A stretch of 64,000 bases of DNA. Origin: Deltaproteobacteria bacterium CG11_big_fil_rev_8_21_14_0_20_42_23. Its GTDB lineage: Bacteria; UBA10199; 2-02-FULL-44-16. Below are positions 39,606 to 49,060 of the stretch, one piece after another. Location: positions 58,276 to 122,275 of the forward strand of contig PCXC01000037.1 of NCBI GenBank assembly GCA_002796345.1, read 5' to 3'. How positions within the stretch are numbered: position 1 is the stretch's first letter; the number at the start of each line of letters is the position of its first letter. The notes beneath the pieces are model-generated. The model was not told the DNA's origin and ran no database searches. It saw nothing but the letters and a program-made list of their open reading frames with translations. The position numbers were made by a program, and so were the translations under genes.

Positions 39606-40754
39606 TCACACAAGTTCGCCTGACCATAATTGCTTCAAGAAGAGTTCCCAAGGCAAAACCTGGATGTGCTCATGAACTTTTCTGGGTTCTCGTTCGCATG
39701 AAATGACAAGCTGCTTCACCGGACCATCTTCCAAAAGCGCTTTAAGTCCTTTCACATCTCCTGCATGAACCTTGTCACTGCCTTTAATTTCCAAGGCAAG
39801 TTCTTTGTCGTTTATAATAAAATCAACTTCCTGATTTGAACTTGTTCTCCAAAAGGCAATTTCCATCTCAGCCTGTCGATAAGCCTTATAGGCCATGAGT
39901 TCCATGAGGATAAATTGTTCAAAGGATTTTCCAAACTCAGGGGTTTTGTATTTCGGCTGCCGCCGTGCAAGATAATTGGTAACCCCCATATCAAAGAGAT
40001 AAAATTTTTCCGTTTGAACCATTCGACGATTTTTTGATTTTGTCCAAGGCGGAAGCCGAAACCCAAGATAGGTATCTTCCAAAATCTGAAAATAGGTGCG
40101 AACCACTTTTGCAGAAACGCCCGTTTCTCGCGCAACGTTTGTATAATTGATAAGTTCACTAGAGGTAAGTGCTGCAACTTGTAAAAAATTGTGGAAGGCT
40201 GGAATGTTTTGAGTAAGGGCCTCATCAATAATTTCTTCTTTCAGATAATCAGCCACATAGGCACGAAGATCTTCCTGAGGAGATGGGGAAAGAAAGTGTG
40301 GAGGAAGCATTCCACTTACCATCACAGATTCGAGTTCAAAACCTTCAACTTCTTGAAAACTAAGAGGCGTCATATGCCTGCGCCATGCCCTTCCCCCCAA
40401 AAGATTTGCATGACCACGTTTTAATTTTCTTGCGCTTGAACCTGTAAGCAAAAAAGAGATCCCTTTATTTTCAATGAGCCAATGCACTTCGTCCAAGAGA
40501 GCTGGAACTTTTTGCACTTCATCAATAACAATCATTCCAGAGTGATCCTGATAACGCTCTCGAAGAAGCGCCGGCCTACTTGAATATTCTGCAAAGAGGT
40601 CTGTTTTGAGAAGATCGATGAGAAGAACGTCTTTTCGTGCAAGAAGATGCTCTCGTATCCAATATGTTTTCCCTACTTTTCTGGGCCCCCACAAAAAAGC
40701 TGACTTTCCAGGTGGAAGATCGAGTGAAAAATGTCTTTTGATAATTTTACGCAT
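39606..40754 (-). CDS. AAA+ ATPase of the AAA_14 / DUF4143 family
   Basis: Walker A GPRKVGKT. Walker B VLLIDL / MIVIDEVQ. C-terminal DUF4143-like region. Confidence 0.75.
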   Translation of the reverse strand: MRKIIKRHFSLDLPPGKSAFLWGPRKVGKTYWIREHLLARKDVLLIDLLKTDLFAEYSSRPALLRERYQDHSGMIVIDEVQKVPALLDEVHWLIENKGISFLLTGSSARKLKRGHANLLGGRAWRRHMTPLSFQEVEGFELESVMVSGMLPPHFLSPSPQEDLRAYVADYLKEEIIDEALTQNIPAFHNFLQVAALTSSELINYTNVARETGVSAKVVRTYFQILEDTYLGFRLPPWTKSKNRRMVQTEKFYLFDMGVTNYLARRQPKYKTPEFGKSFEQFILMELMAYKAYRQAEMEIAFWRTSSNQEVDFIINDKELALEIKGSDKVHAGDVKGLKALLEDGPVKQLVISCEREPRKVHEHIQVLPWELFLKQLWSGELV

Positions 40755-40940
40755 AAGGGCACTTTATCAGGATAATCTTCCCTTAACAAGCAAATTTTCC
40801 TCATTCCTTAAACCGGGGACGGTTCTGGCTTTGTAACTACCTTAAATTGTTATGCTATTTTGCCACTTCAGCAGCAAGCAGCCCAGAGCTTGGCAAGCTC
40901 TGATGATCATGAGGTGAGTGAAGTTTTTTAACATTTCACA

Positions 40941-40996
40941 CAAAAAAAACACTGTCTCCCTTTTTCAAATCATTTGGAAAGACAGTGTTTTTTGAT
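40941..40996 (-). terminator. bidirectional rho-independent terminator downstream of mltD
   Basis: caaaaaaaACACTGTCtccctttttcaaatcatttggaaaGACAGTGTtttttg. 9-bp stem, A-run and T-run on either side. Confidence 0.5.
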
Positions 40997-41011
40997 TCCA
41001 CGAAGTTAACT

Positions 41012-43300
41012 CTACCGAACAATTTTCAACGTATCGCCTGGTCTTAAAGAGCTTGCGGTGATGGCGTTCCATTTTTTCAAATCAGCTACTGCAACATTGT
41101 GCTGGCGGGCGATGGCCCAGAGGGTGTCGCCTGATTTTACTTTGTACACTTTGTGATCCGTTGCAGCTGCCACTTCTGTTCCTGCAGCTGATTCAACTGC
41201 TGAGTGAGCAAGTTCTTCGGCAACCCAACCAATGCGAGATTTTTTAATTTTGAGTTTTTGTCCAGCTCTTACTTTTCTTTCATCTTTAATGTGGTTCCAT
41301 TCCATAATTTCATATGAACGAACACCATAACGTTCTGCTACGTGCCCTAAAGTTTCACCACTATTGAGCACCGCTACAACATAGCCAGTTGTTGTGTTTG
41401 CTGGCGTTGCTGCATGTTCAGCAGGGAGTGAAACCGTTTGAATGGTGTTGTCAACTGCAACTGGCGCTGCTTTCGTTTCTTCTTTTTGTGCTACTTGGAC
41501 TGAAGCTGCGTTTGTTTTTGCAGGCACCGAAAGGGTTTGGCCAGCACGAAGTGAAGATTTTTTTCCCAAGTGATTTGCTTTTTTCAATTCAGCTACACTG
41601 ATGTTGTAAGCTCTTGAAATGGACCATAATGTATCACCGCTACGCACCTTGTAGTCTGACTTTCCGGCTGCAAAAGAATTTTCATTTCCTTCATCCAAAA
41701 TAATTTCATCAGCGGCAGCAAGCGCCATTTCTTTTGGAAGTCTTGCTTTAGATTTTAACACTTTTATTTCTTGCCCAGCTTTTAATGACCGCGCATCGTT
41801 TATACCGTTCCATGCTTTTATATCTTTAATGTACACTACATATTTGTCGGCGATGTGACTTAGGGTTTCACCAGATTTTAAAGTGTGCACCATAAAATCG
41901 TCATCATTGTAGGTAGTGTTTTCAGCAAGTTCGATATTTTCTTCAACTGCTCTTTCAATTTCTTGCGTGGTTATTACTTCTGCCGCGCCATAAATTTTTA
42001 ATTTTTGTCCAGCTCGAAGAGACCTTACATTACGAATCTTGTTCCAACGTTGAAGGTCTGCAACCGTTACTCCATAACGGTTTGCGATGCCACCAAGCGT
42101 TTCTCCTCTTCCCACTTTGTGAGCGCTAAGCTTTTCAGTGCTTGAGCTTGAACGAGAAGCAACTCTCGCTTCTTGAGTACTTTTTGGTGCACGCGATGCA
42201 ATTTGCACACGAGATCCAGAAGTTGGAATAATGAGTTTTGATCCGGGATGAATACTCTTTACGTTTCTAATGTTGTTGGCACGAGCAATAACTGTAGTGC
42301 TGCTTCCATATCTTCTTGCGATTTGAGAAAGCGTATCTCCTCTTCGAACTTGATGAAAGAGAAGTCGGACACGATCATTTTCAGGAATTTTTGCATAAGC
42401 AAGACGAAACTGATCAACTTTTCCAAGTGGAATTTTGAGGCTAAAGTTTTTCACATTGTGTGGCGTTGAGCTAGAAATCAATTCTGGATTAAGGTAGCGA
42501 ACATCCTCTTCTGGAACTCCCGCACATTCTGCCACTACAGCAAGATCGGTTTGCGTTGGCACGGAAACAACTTCATATGGTACAGGTTTTTCATAATCGA
42601 TATTATGAAAGCCAAACTTTTCAGGTGATTTTGCCAAAATCATCGCAGCTATAAATTTTGGAACGTAGTCACGCGTTTCAGAATGCAACAATCTGGCTTT
42701 TGGTTGAGAAAGTTCCCAAAAATCTTTGGTGCCGGCTTTTTTAATGGCTCGGCGAACTCTTCCTTCACCTGTATTGTAAGAGGCCATGGCCAAATACCAA
42801 TCGCCAAATTCATTGTGCAACTTTTTGAAGTAAGCGGCTGCAGCATGAGTGGATTTTACAACATCTCTTCGCTCATCAACCCAAGGATCAATTTTGAGCT
42901 TGAAGATTTTTCCTGTTCCACGAATAAACTGCCAAGCTCCAACAGCTGCTGCTCTGGAATAGGCATGAGGATTGAATCCGCTCTCGATAAGAGAAATGTA
43001 CACCAAGTCTTTTGGCATTCCATTTTGCTCTAAAATGCTGGTCATAAGATCCATATATTTTCCAGAGCGTTCCAAATAACGTCTAAAATGTTTTCGTCCG
43101 GGACCTTGAAAATATTCCATCCATGCAATCACGCGATCATTGATCACCACCGGAATGCTTGATTTTGGAAGGCGAAGCAAATCGTGCTCTTTGAGGTATT
43201 CGTTTTTGTTGATGTGACGTTGCGATGTACGTTCGCGCCCAGCACAAGAAGTGACAAGAAAAACTGCAATGAGCATGAGAGATAAATGGCTTTTTTTCAT
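41012..43300 (-). CDS. mltD: membrane-bound lytic murein transglycosylase D-like lipoprotein (SLT domain + 5-6 LysM domains)
   Basis: Lipoprotein signal MLIAVFLVTSCAG. SLT catalytic region ESGFNPHAYSRAAAVGAWQFI. Repeated LysM units (GDTLSQIARRYG, GETLGGIANRYG, GDTLWSISRAYN, GDTLWAIARQHN...). Confidence 0.85.
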   Translation of the reverse strand: MKKSHLSLMLIAVFLVTSCAGRERTSQRHINKNEYLKEHDLLRLPKSSIPVVINDRVIAWMEYFQGPGRKHFRRYLERSGKYMDLMTSILEQNGMPKDLVYISLIESGFNPHAYSRAAAVGAWQFIRGTGKIFKLKIDPWVDERRDVVKSTHAAAAYFKKLHNEFGDWYLAMASYNTGEGRVRRAIKKAGTKDFWELSQPKARLLHSETRDYVPKFIAAMILAKSPEKFGFHNIDYEKPVPYEVVSVPTQTDLAVVAECAGVPEEDVRYLNPELISSSTPHNVKNFSLKIPLGKVDQFRLAYAKIPENDRVRLLFHQVRRGDTLSQIARRYGSSTTVIARANNIRNVKSIHPGSKLIIPTSGSRVQIASRAPKSTQEARVASRSSSSTEKLSAHKVGRGETLGGIANRYGVTVADLQRWNKIRNVRSLRAGQKLKIYGAAEVITTQEIERAVEENIELAENTTYNDDDFMVHTLKSGETLSHIADKYVVYIKDIKAWNGINDARSLKAGQEIKVLKSKARLPKEMALAAADEIILDEGNENSFAAGKSDYKVRSGDTLWSISRAYNISVAELKKANHLGKKSSLRAGQTLSVPAKTNAASVQVAQKEETKAAPVAVDNTIQTVSLPAEHAATPANTTTGYVVAVLNSGETLGHVAERYGVRSYEIMEWNHIKDERKVRAGQKLKIKKSRIGWVAEELAHSAVESAAGTEVAAATDHKVYKVKSGDTLWAIARQHNVAVADLKKWNAITASSLRPGDTLKIVR

Positions 43301-43310
43301 TTGTGTTACC

Positions 43311-43344
43311 CTTTGGAAAAAAACTCAGCCCCTATAAGGGCTGA
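43311..43344 (-). terminator. rho-independent terminator at the end of the dcw cluster (after ftsZ), abutting the mltD start
   Basis: - strand: TCAGCCCttatagGGGCTGAgttttttt. 7-bp stem followed by a T-run. Confidence 0.55.
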
Positions 43345-43460
43345 ATTTGTTTAAGTATTTCATTTTTTGAATCAACTTTGTTTATTGTATCATGCCACAA
43401 AACAGATTCAATGTTCGTCATCATTTTTTTCTTCAACACTCTATGCCATGCTGCCCGTTT

Positions 43461-44759
43461 TTAGTCAGCCTGTTTTCGTAAAAAAGTAGGAATATCATAT
43501 TGATCATTGTGATATTCCAAAACCCCTACTTCGCGCTCCACTTCTTTTGCTGGCGCGTCATTTAAATGTCGGCCTCCAAATGATTCTTCAATTTTCTCTG
43601 GCTCTGGAGCATGACGAGTAGCCGCCACAGGATACGAAGGTGCTGCATCTAAACCAGGAATTTCGCTCTGACGCTGTTCTTGCATTTGTGGTGCATGTGC
43701 TCTGTGTTGGCTTGCATAGCTTGGGCGTGAACCTGCACTATGATGTGTGTGCACTCTTGAACCTGAAAGCCCCACGCCAACTTTTCCATTGATGCGTTGA
43801 AGTGGTTTATCAAATCCAGTCGCGATTACTGTTACACGAACTTCATCTTCCATGGTTTCGTCTATCACAGCACCAAACAAAATGTTGGCATCTTCATGCG
43901 CTTCTTCTTGAATAATTTTTGAAGCTTCGCTGATTTCGTGAAGTGTAATATTGGCTCCACCCGTAACGTTGATAAGAATTCCTGTTGCACCTTTAATAGA
44001 CACATCTTCAAGAAGTGGCGAAGAGATTGCTCTGGTTGCAGCATCGATGGCACGGCCTTCTCCGCTGGACACACCAGTTCCCATGAGCGCCATTCCCATT
44101 TCATTCATCACCGTTCTCACATCGGCAAAGTCGAGGTTAATAAGACCGTGCACGGTAATGAGATCTGAAATACCTTTCACCGCTTGGTACAAAACGTGGT
44201 CGGCTTGCTTAAATGCAGCCACCATCGTGACATCGCGATCTACGATATCGAGTAATTTTTCGTTTGGAATAGTGATGAGAGTATCCACCACATCGCGAAG
44301 TTCAGCTACACCTCGATCTGCTTGAAGCATGCGTTGTCTTCCTTCGAAGGCAAACGGCTTTGTAACCACACCAACCGTAAGTGCACCAATTTCACGCGCA
44401 ATCTTCGCAATGATGGGAGCCGCGCCAGTTCCCGTTCCGCCGCCCATGCCTGCGGTAATGAAAACCATGTCAGCACCTTGCAACTGCTCCATCAAAATAC
44501 GCTGATCTTCGATGGCTGCATTTTTTCCTACTTCGGGATTTGCACCTGCTCCAAGACCTTTGGTTAACTCGCGGCCAATTTGAATTTTGTTTGGCGCAAT
44601 GTTATTCCGAAGTGCTTGAATATCGGTGTTTGCCGCGATAAAATCTACACCATCCAAACCCGCTTCCATCATTGTGTTTACTGCGTTTCCGCCGCTTCCT
44701 CCAACACCTACTACTTTTATTTTAGCATCTTGTGCCAGTGATTCTACAAGTTCAAACAT
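43461..44759 (-). CDS. ftsZ: cell division GTPase FtsZ
   Basis: GGGTGTG tubulin signature ([16 protein letters not shown]). 432 aa. Confidence 0.95.
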   Translation of the reverse strand: MFELVESLAQDAKIKVVGVGGSGGNAVNTMMEAGLDGVDFIAANTDIQALRNNIAPNKIQIGRELTKGLGAGANPEVGKNAAIEDQRILMEQLQGADMVFITAGMGGGTGTGAAPIIAKIAREIGALTVGVVTKPFAFEGRQRMLQADRGVAELRDVVDTLITIPNEKLLDIVDRDVTMVAAFKQADHVLYQAVKGISDLITVHGLINLDFADVRTVMNEMGMALMGTGVSSGEGRAIDAATRAISSPLLEDVSIKGATGILINVTGGANITLHEISEASKIIQEEAHEDANILFGAVIDETMEDEVRVTVIATGFDKPLQRINGKVGVGLSGSRVHTHHSAGSRPSYASQHRAHAPQMQEQRQSEIPGLDAAPSYPVAATRHAPEPEKIEESFGGRHLNDAPAKEVEREVGVLEYHNDQYDIPTFLRKQAD

Positions 44760-44865
44760 ATGGACCTCCTCGATTAAGATCAGTTTCTCGTTTCTAGTTC
44801 CTAGTTTCGAGTTAAAAATTTAAAAATCTTAACTACAAACTAGTAACCACAAAGTTAAAACTGGT

Positions 44866-46092
44866 TTAAAAAATTTCCCCAAGCCATTCTCTCATTCTGC
44901 TTCTTACTTTGGTGTAAGCGTTTCGCTCACGTACTTTGAAACGCTTGTTGGTTTGCTCTTTTGCTGCAGAAAGTACCAAGCCAACTCCTGTGGAATACAT
45001 TGGGCTTCTGACCACATCTACTAGACCTCCAATACCTCTTGGCACTCCTCTTCTTACTGGTAAGCTAAAGATTTGCTCGGCCAACTCAGTTGCACCTTCA
45101 ATGATTGAGCTTCCGCCCGTCAGCACAATGCCTGCGGCCGCAACATCTTCGCAACCTGCTCTAATAATTTCTTGCTGAATGAGGCTAAAAATTTCTTCCA
45201 TACGCGGCTCAGTTATCTCTGCCAAAATTTGCCGAGGCAACACACGTGGATTTCGTCCGCCTACCGAAGGCACTTCGATGGTTTCATCTTTGTGCACCAT
45301 GCCTGTCATGCAACATCCATATTTTTGCTTAATTTTTTCTGCTTCATGTGTGGGAGTGCGAAGGCCAACGGCAATGTCATTGGTAAGATGATTACCACCA
45401 ACCGAAAGCACTGCGGTGTGAATTAAGCTTCCGCCGGAAAAGATGGCTATATCAGTAGTTCCGCCGCCGATATCAACCAAAATCACCCCAAGCTCTGATT
45501 CATCATTCGAAAGAACAGCTTTACTCGACGCAAGTTGCTGCAAAATAATATCGTTCACATTGAGGCCAGCGCGATTGCAGCACTTGATGATGTTCTGCGC
45601 AGAAGTAACAGCGCCCGTTACAATATGCACTTTCGCTTCAAGGCGAACACCACTCATGCCAACCGGGTCATTTACACCATCTTGATCATCTACAATATAT
45701 TGTTGGGGGATAACATGAATCACTTCTCGATCAAGAGGGATGGAAACCGCTTGCGCAGCATCAATCACTCTTTCCACGTCGGTGGCTTTCACTTCTTTAT
45801 CTTTAATGGCGACAATACCGTGACTGTTCATTCCTTTAATGTGCCCGCCCGCAATTCCAGCACTCACCGAAGTAATTTCGCATCCAGCCATGAGCTCTGC
45901 TTCTTCGATGGCTTTTTGAATGGAAGAAACGGTGCTTTCAATATTTACCACCACTCCTTTCCTTAAGCCCTTCGACGGATGCGTTCCGATGCCCACGATA
46001 TCGATTCCATCGTTGCTTATTTCACCAACGATGGCGCAAATCTTTGTGGTACCGATATCTAAGCCCACTATCATTTCATCTTTTTTTGCCAT
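44866..46092 (-). CDS. ftsA: cell division protein FtsA (actin-like ATPase)
   Basis: MIVGLDIGTTKICAIVGE, DIGGGTTDIAIF motifs. Confidence 0.95.
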   Translation of the reverse strand: MAKKDEMIVGLDIGTTKICAIVGEISNDGIDIVGIGTHPSKGLRKGVVVNIESTVSSIQKAIEEAELMAGCEITSVSAGIAGGHIKGMNSHGIVAIKDKEVKATDVERVIDAAQAVSIPLDREVIHVIPQQYIVDDQDGVNDPVGMSGVRLEAKVHIVTGAVTSAQNIIKCCNRAGLNVNDIILQQLASSKAVLSNDESELGVILVDIGGGTTDIAIFSGGSLIHTAVLSVGGNHLTNDIAVGLRTPTHEAEKIKQKYGCCMTGMVHKDETIEVPSVGGRNPRVLPRQILAEITEPRMEEIFSLIQQEIIRAGCEDVAAAGIVLTGGSSIIEGATELAEQIFSLPVRRGVPRGIGGLVDVVRSPMYSTGVGLVLSAAKEQTNKRFKVRERNAYTKVRSRMREWLGEIF

Positions 46093-46126
46093 ATTATTCC
46101 CCCTTTTTGCCCAATCATTTTCAAAG

Positions 46127-46951
46127 TTAAGTGTCTAAAGAAGTGCGGTACTTCACAATTACTTGTCCGCCTTCATACATCACAATGTACTGAGGATCTG
46201 TTCCCCTTTGTTGAATCGCATTCGAAAAATCTCTTAGTCTGGTTACGCCTTCTTGCAATTGTTCATGTCCCAACACAATCTGCAAAGGCCTATCATCGGT
46301 AATAATGGAGTAGCCTCGAATGAGATGATAATTCACTTCAGCAATTTTTTTGGCTAAGCGAATTTTATTTTTTCGAAATTCTTTGATAATTGAAATGGAC
46401 TGCAAAACTTTTTCTTTGCCTTCATATTTATCAAGTGGAAGCTGTAGTTCATCATTGATATCTGAAACAGAACCGGTGATGACGGGAAAATGTTTAGAGT
46501 CTTTTGCTTCCACTTTTTTGCATAACGTTCCATCGTCGGTAACGAAATATAAATGCTTTGCGGAAACAATAGCCACAGGTTTAAATTCTTCAGCATAGAT
46601 CATCACCGTTCCTGGCGGGCTTTTGCGGACGGCTACTGTTTTGATCCATGGATGATTGAGCACTCTTTGATAAACACCACCCAGATCAAGCCAGAAAAGA
46701 TTATCACCTTGAGATAAACCTGATAGTTCAAGAATTTGATCTTCACTTACAGCTTTGCGATCACCAACAATGTGAATGGACTGAAGCGAAAGATAAGGCC
46801 CAAAGAAAAGCAGAAGATAGATGCCATACACAAGCACCAAGCCAAGGCTTGCAAAAAGCAGCGAAAGAAAAAGGCGCTCGCACTTTTTCAGCAGCCAAAA
46901 TCTGGGCTTCTTCTCACGCTGGATATGTTGTTCTCTCAAACAACGATTCAT
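46127..46951 (-). CDS. ftsQ: cell division protein FtsQ/DivIB (TM + POTRA)
   Basis: 274 aa. Single N-terminal TM. Position between ddl and ftsA. Confidence 0.8.
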   Translation of the reverse strand: MNRCLREQHIQREKKPRFWLLKKCERLFLSLLFASLGLVLVYGIYLLLFFGPYLSLQSIHIVGDRKAVSEDQILELSGLSQGDNLFWLDLGGVYQRVLNHPWIKTVAVRKSPPGTVMIYAEEFKPVAIVSAKHLYFVTDDGTLCKKVEAKDSKHFPVITGSVSDINDELQLPLDKYEGKEKVLQSISIIKEFRKNKIRLAKKIAEVNYHLIRGYSIITDDRPLQIVLGHEQLQEGVTRLRDFSNAIQQRGTDPQYIVMYEGGQVIVKYRTSLDT

Positions 46952-46973
46952 ACTCCCCCTTGATACAAATCTA

Positions 46974-47903
46974 CTACTTTACTTTTTCTTTCACACGAGC
47001 CGAAAGCAACATTCGTTCGCAAACATCTAAAAAAGACATCCCGTTAAACGCTGCAGCCTTTGGAACCAGCGAGGTTTCAGTCATTCCTGGAATAGTATTT
47101 ACTTCCAAAAAGTACGGAACACCTTTTTCATCTACAATGTAATCTGCACGCGCAGCACCTTCAATGCGAAGTGCTTTCATGAGCGCAACTGTCTGCTTTT
47201 GAATTTCTTTTGTGAGCGCATCCGAAATACGCGCTGGCAAAATATATTCTGTTTTTCCTTTTGTATATTTTGCTTCGAAATCATAGAACCCGCTTGCAGG
47301 CACTACTTCTATAAGTGCAAGCGCTTCACCGCACAAAACACTTGCTGTCACTTCAGTTCCTTTGATGAATTCTTCCAGCAAAATTCTTTCATCGGACAGC
47401 AAAGCCTTTTCAACAGCAGGTTTCAGCTCGTCTTCAGTTTTTACAATGCTCATATTAATAGTTGAACCTTCGCAAACCGGCTTCACCACAAGAGGATAAG
47501 AAAGCGAATGCGAAAGTTTTCCACTGCACTCTTCAACTGAGAGGCAAACACTTTTTGCAACGGCTAAACCATGATCGGCGGCAAAAAGTTTGCATACATC
47601 TTTATCCATGGCCAACGCAGAAGGAAGCACACCGCTTCCGGTGTAAGGTATGTGCATGCACTCCAGTAACCCTTGCACGCATCCGTCTTCACCAAATTTT
47701 CCATGAAGCGCAATAAACGCAATATCGGGCTTTTGCTCGGTGAGAACACGCGCAACATGTTCATCCACATCAATCGCAATCACATTATAACCAGCGGTTT
47801 GAAGAGATGAAAAAATGGCATTTCCTGTTTTAAGCGAAATATCTCGCTCTCGAGACAAGCCACCCATCAATACTGCAATTTTTTTCTGTTTTATGTTTTT
47901 CAT
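46974..47903 (-). CDS. ddl: D-alanine--D-alanine ligase
   Basis: KIAVLMGGLSRERDISLKTG N-terminus. ATP-grasp core. Confidence 0.9.
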   Translation of the reverse strand: MKNIKQKKIAVLMGGLSRERDISLKTGNAIFSSLQTAGYNVIAIDVDEHVARVLTEQKPDIAFIALHGKFGEDGCVQGLLECMHIPYTGSGVLPSALAMDKDVCKLFAADHGLAVAKSVCLSVEECSGKLSHSLSYPLVVKPVCEGSTINMSIVKTEDELKPAVEKALLSDERILLEEFIKGTEVTASVLCGEALALIEVVPASGFYDFEAKYTKGKTEYILPARISDALTKEIQKQTVALMKALRIEGAARADYIVDEKGVPYFLEVNTIPGMTETSLVPKAAAFNGMSFLDVCERMLLSARVKEKVK

Positions 47904-47905
47904 TT

Positions 47906-49060
47906 TTATTTTTCTTCACCAAGAATAAAAATTTCATTTTCAAGTACCACGCCCGAATGCTGACGAACTCTATCGCGAACCAAACCCATCAACACAATAA
48001 CATCTCTAGCGCTGGCATTTGCCTCATTTACAATATAATTCGCATGCACATCAGAAATTCTAGCCCCTCCAACGCGCACACCTTTCAATCCTGCTTCGTC
48101 AATCAGTTTTGCCGCAGCTTGTTTTCCATCGTTCTTAAACATGCATCCACTCGACTTTTGCGAGATGGGCTGCGTTTCTCTTCTTCGTTCCATCAACTCT
48201 TTGAAATGCTGCGCAGCTTTTCCTTCGGGATCTTTTTGTAATTTCAACAAAGCCTTCAACACAATGGTGCCGCGCGGAAGCTTGCAACGTCTGTATTCAA
48301 ACGGAATCGACTTTACTTTTTGCGTCATTTCTTTTCCGTGCTTATCCAGCATGGTCACTTCTTCAACGATTTCATCAATAGAACCTATATGCGTTCCTGC
48401 ATTGGTTAAAATATTTCCGCCAAGTGTTCCCGGCACACCACTTAAACGTTCTATCCCAGCAAGATGTTGTTCATTTGCCCAGCGCACCAACTTTAGAGTG
48501 CTCACACCTGCACCAACCGAAACAAAAACATCATCGCCAGATTCTTGTTCCACCTTATACTCTTGAAAATCGCCAAGCAGCTGAATCACCACACCCTTTA
48601 CACCACCATCGCGAACAAGAGTGTTACTTCCTTTCCCAATCAGGTAGTACGGGATGTTGCTGTCTTTCAGAAATTCAAAAAGCGATTTCAACATTTCCAC
48701 ACTTTGAACTTCTACGTACGCTTCTGCTTTTCCGCCCACACCCAAAGTGGTGTGTGCCTTCATAGATTCTTGAAAGCGAATTGCAGGAAATGCCTTTTCA
48801 AGTTCGCGTTTTTGTTCCGAGCTTAAACCAGTAAACTCAGTTTGCTCTTCTTTCAAAAAACGCGCACGTTCGCGAGGGCTTAAGAACGAGAGGTCAAGGT
48901 CTTGCAAAACTGCCTTGCCGTCTTCGTTATATCCCCCGCTCCCAGAAACATCACCAGATCCTGATTCGTGCACCACGGTTTCAGAGCTGTCATCACTTCC
49001 TCTGTCTTCGCTGCATGCGTAATCATTTTCTTCGGATATTTGAGCATGAGGCTCTTGCAT
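47906..49060 (-). CDS. murB: UDP-N-acetylenolpyruvoylglucosamine reductase MurB, with unusual acidic/Gly-Ser-rich N-terminal extension (start uncertain: ATG 49060 with strong SD, or internal TTG 48856)
   Basis: FAD-binding N-terminus ...AFPAIRFQESMKAHTTLGVGGKAEAYVEV, C-terminal MurB core. caGGAGAaaaactATG at 49060 overlaps murC 3' end by ~180 nt. Confidence 0.8.
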   Translation of the reverse strand: MQEPHAQISEENDYACSEDRGSDDSSETVVHESGSGDVSGSGGYNEDGKAVLQDLDLSFLSPRERARFLKEEQTEFTGLSSEQKRELEKAFPAIRFQESMKAHTTLGVGGKAEAYVEVQSVEMLKSLFEFLKDSNIPYYLIGKGSNTLVRDGGVKGVVIQLLGDFQEYKVEQESGDDVFVSVGAGVSTLKLVRWANEQHLAGIERLSGVPGTLGGNILTNAGTHIGSIDEIVEEVTMLDKHGKEMTQKVKSIPFEYRRCKLPRGTIVLKALLKLQKDPEGKAAQHFKELMERRRETQPISQKSSGCMFKNDGKQAAAKLIDEAGLKGVRVGGARISDVHANYIVNEANASARDVIVLMGLVRDRVRQHSGVVLENEIFILGEEK

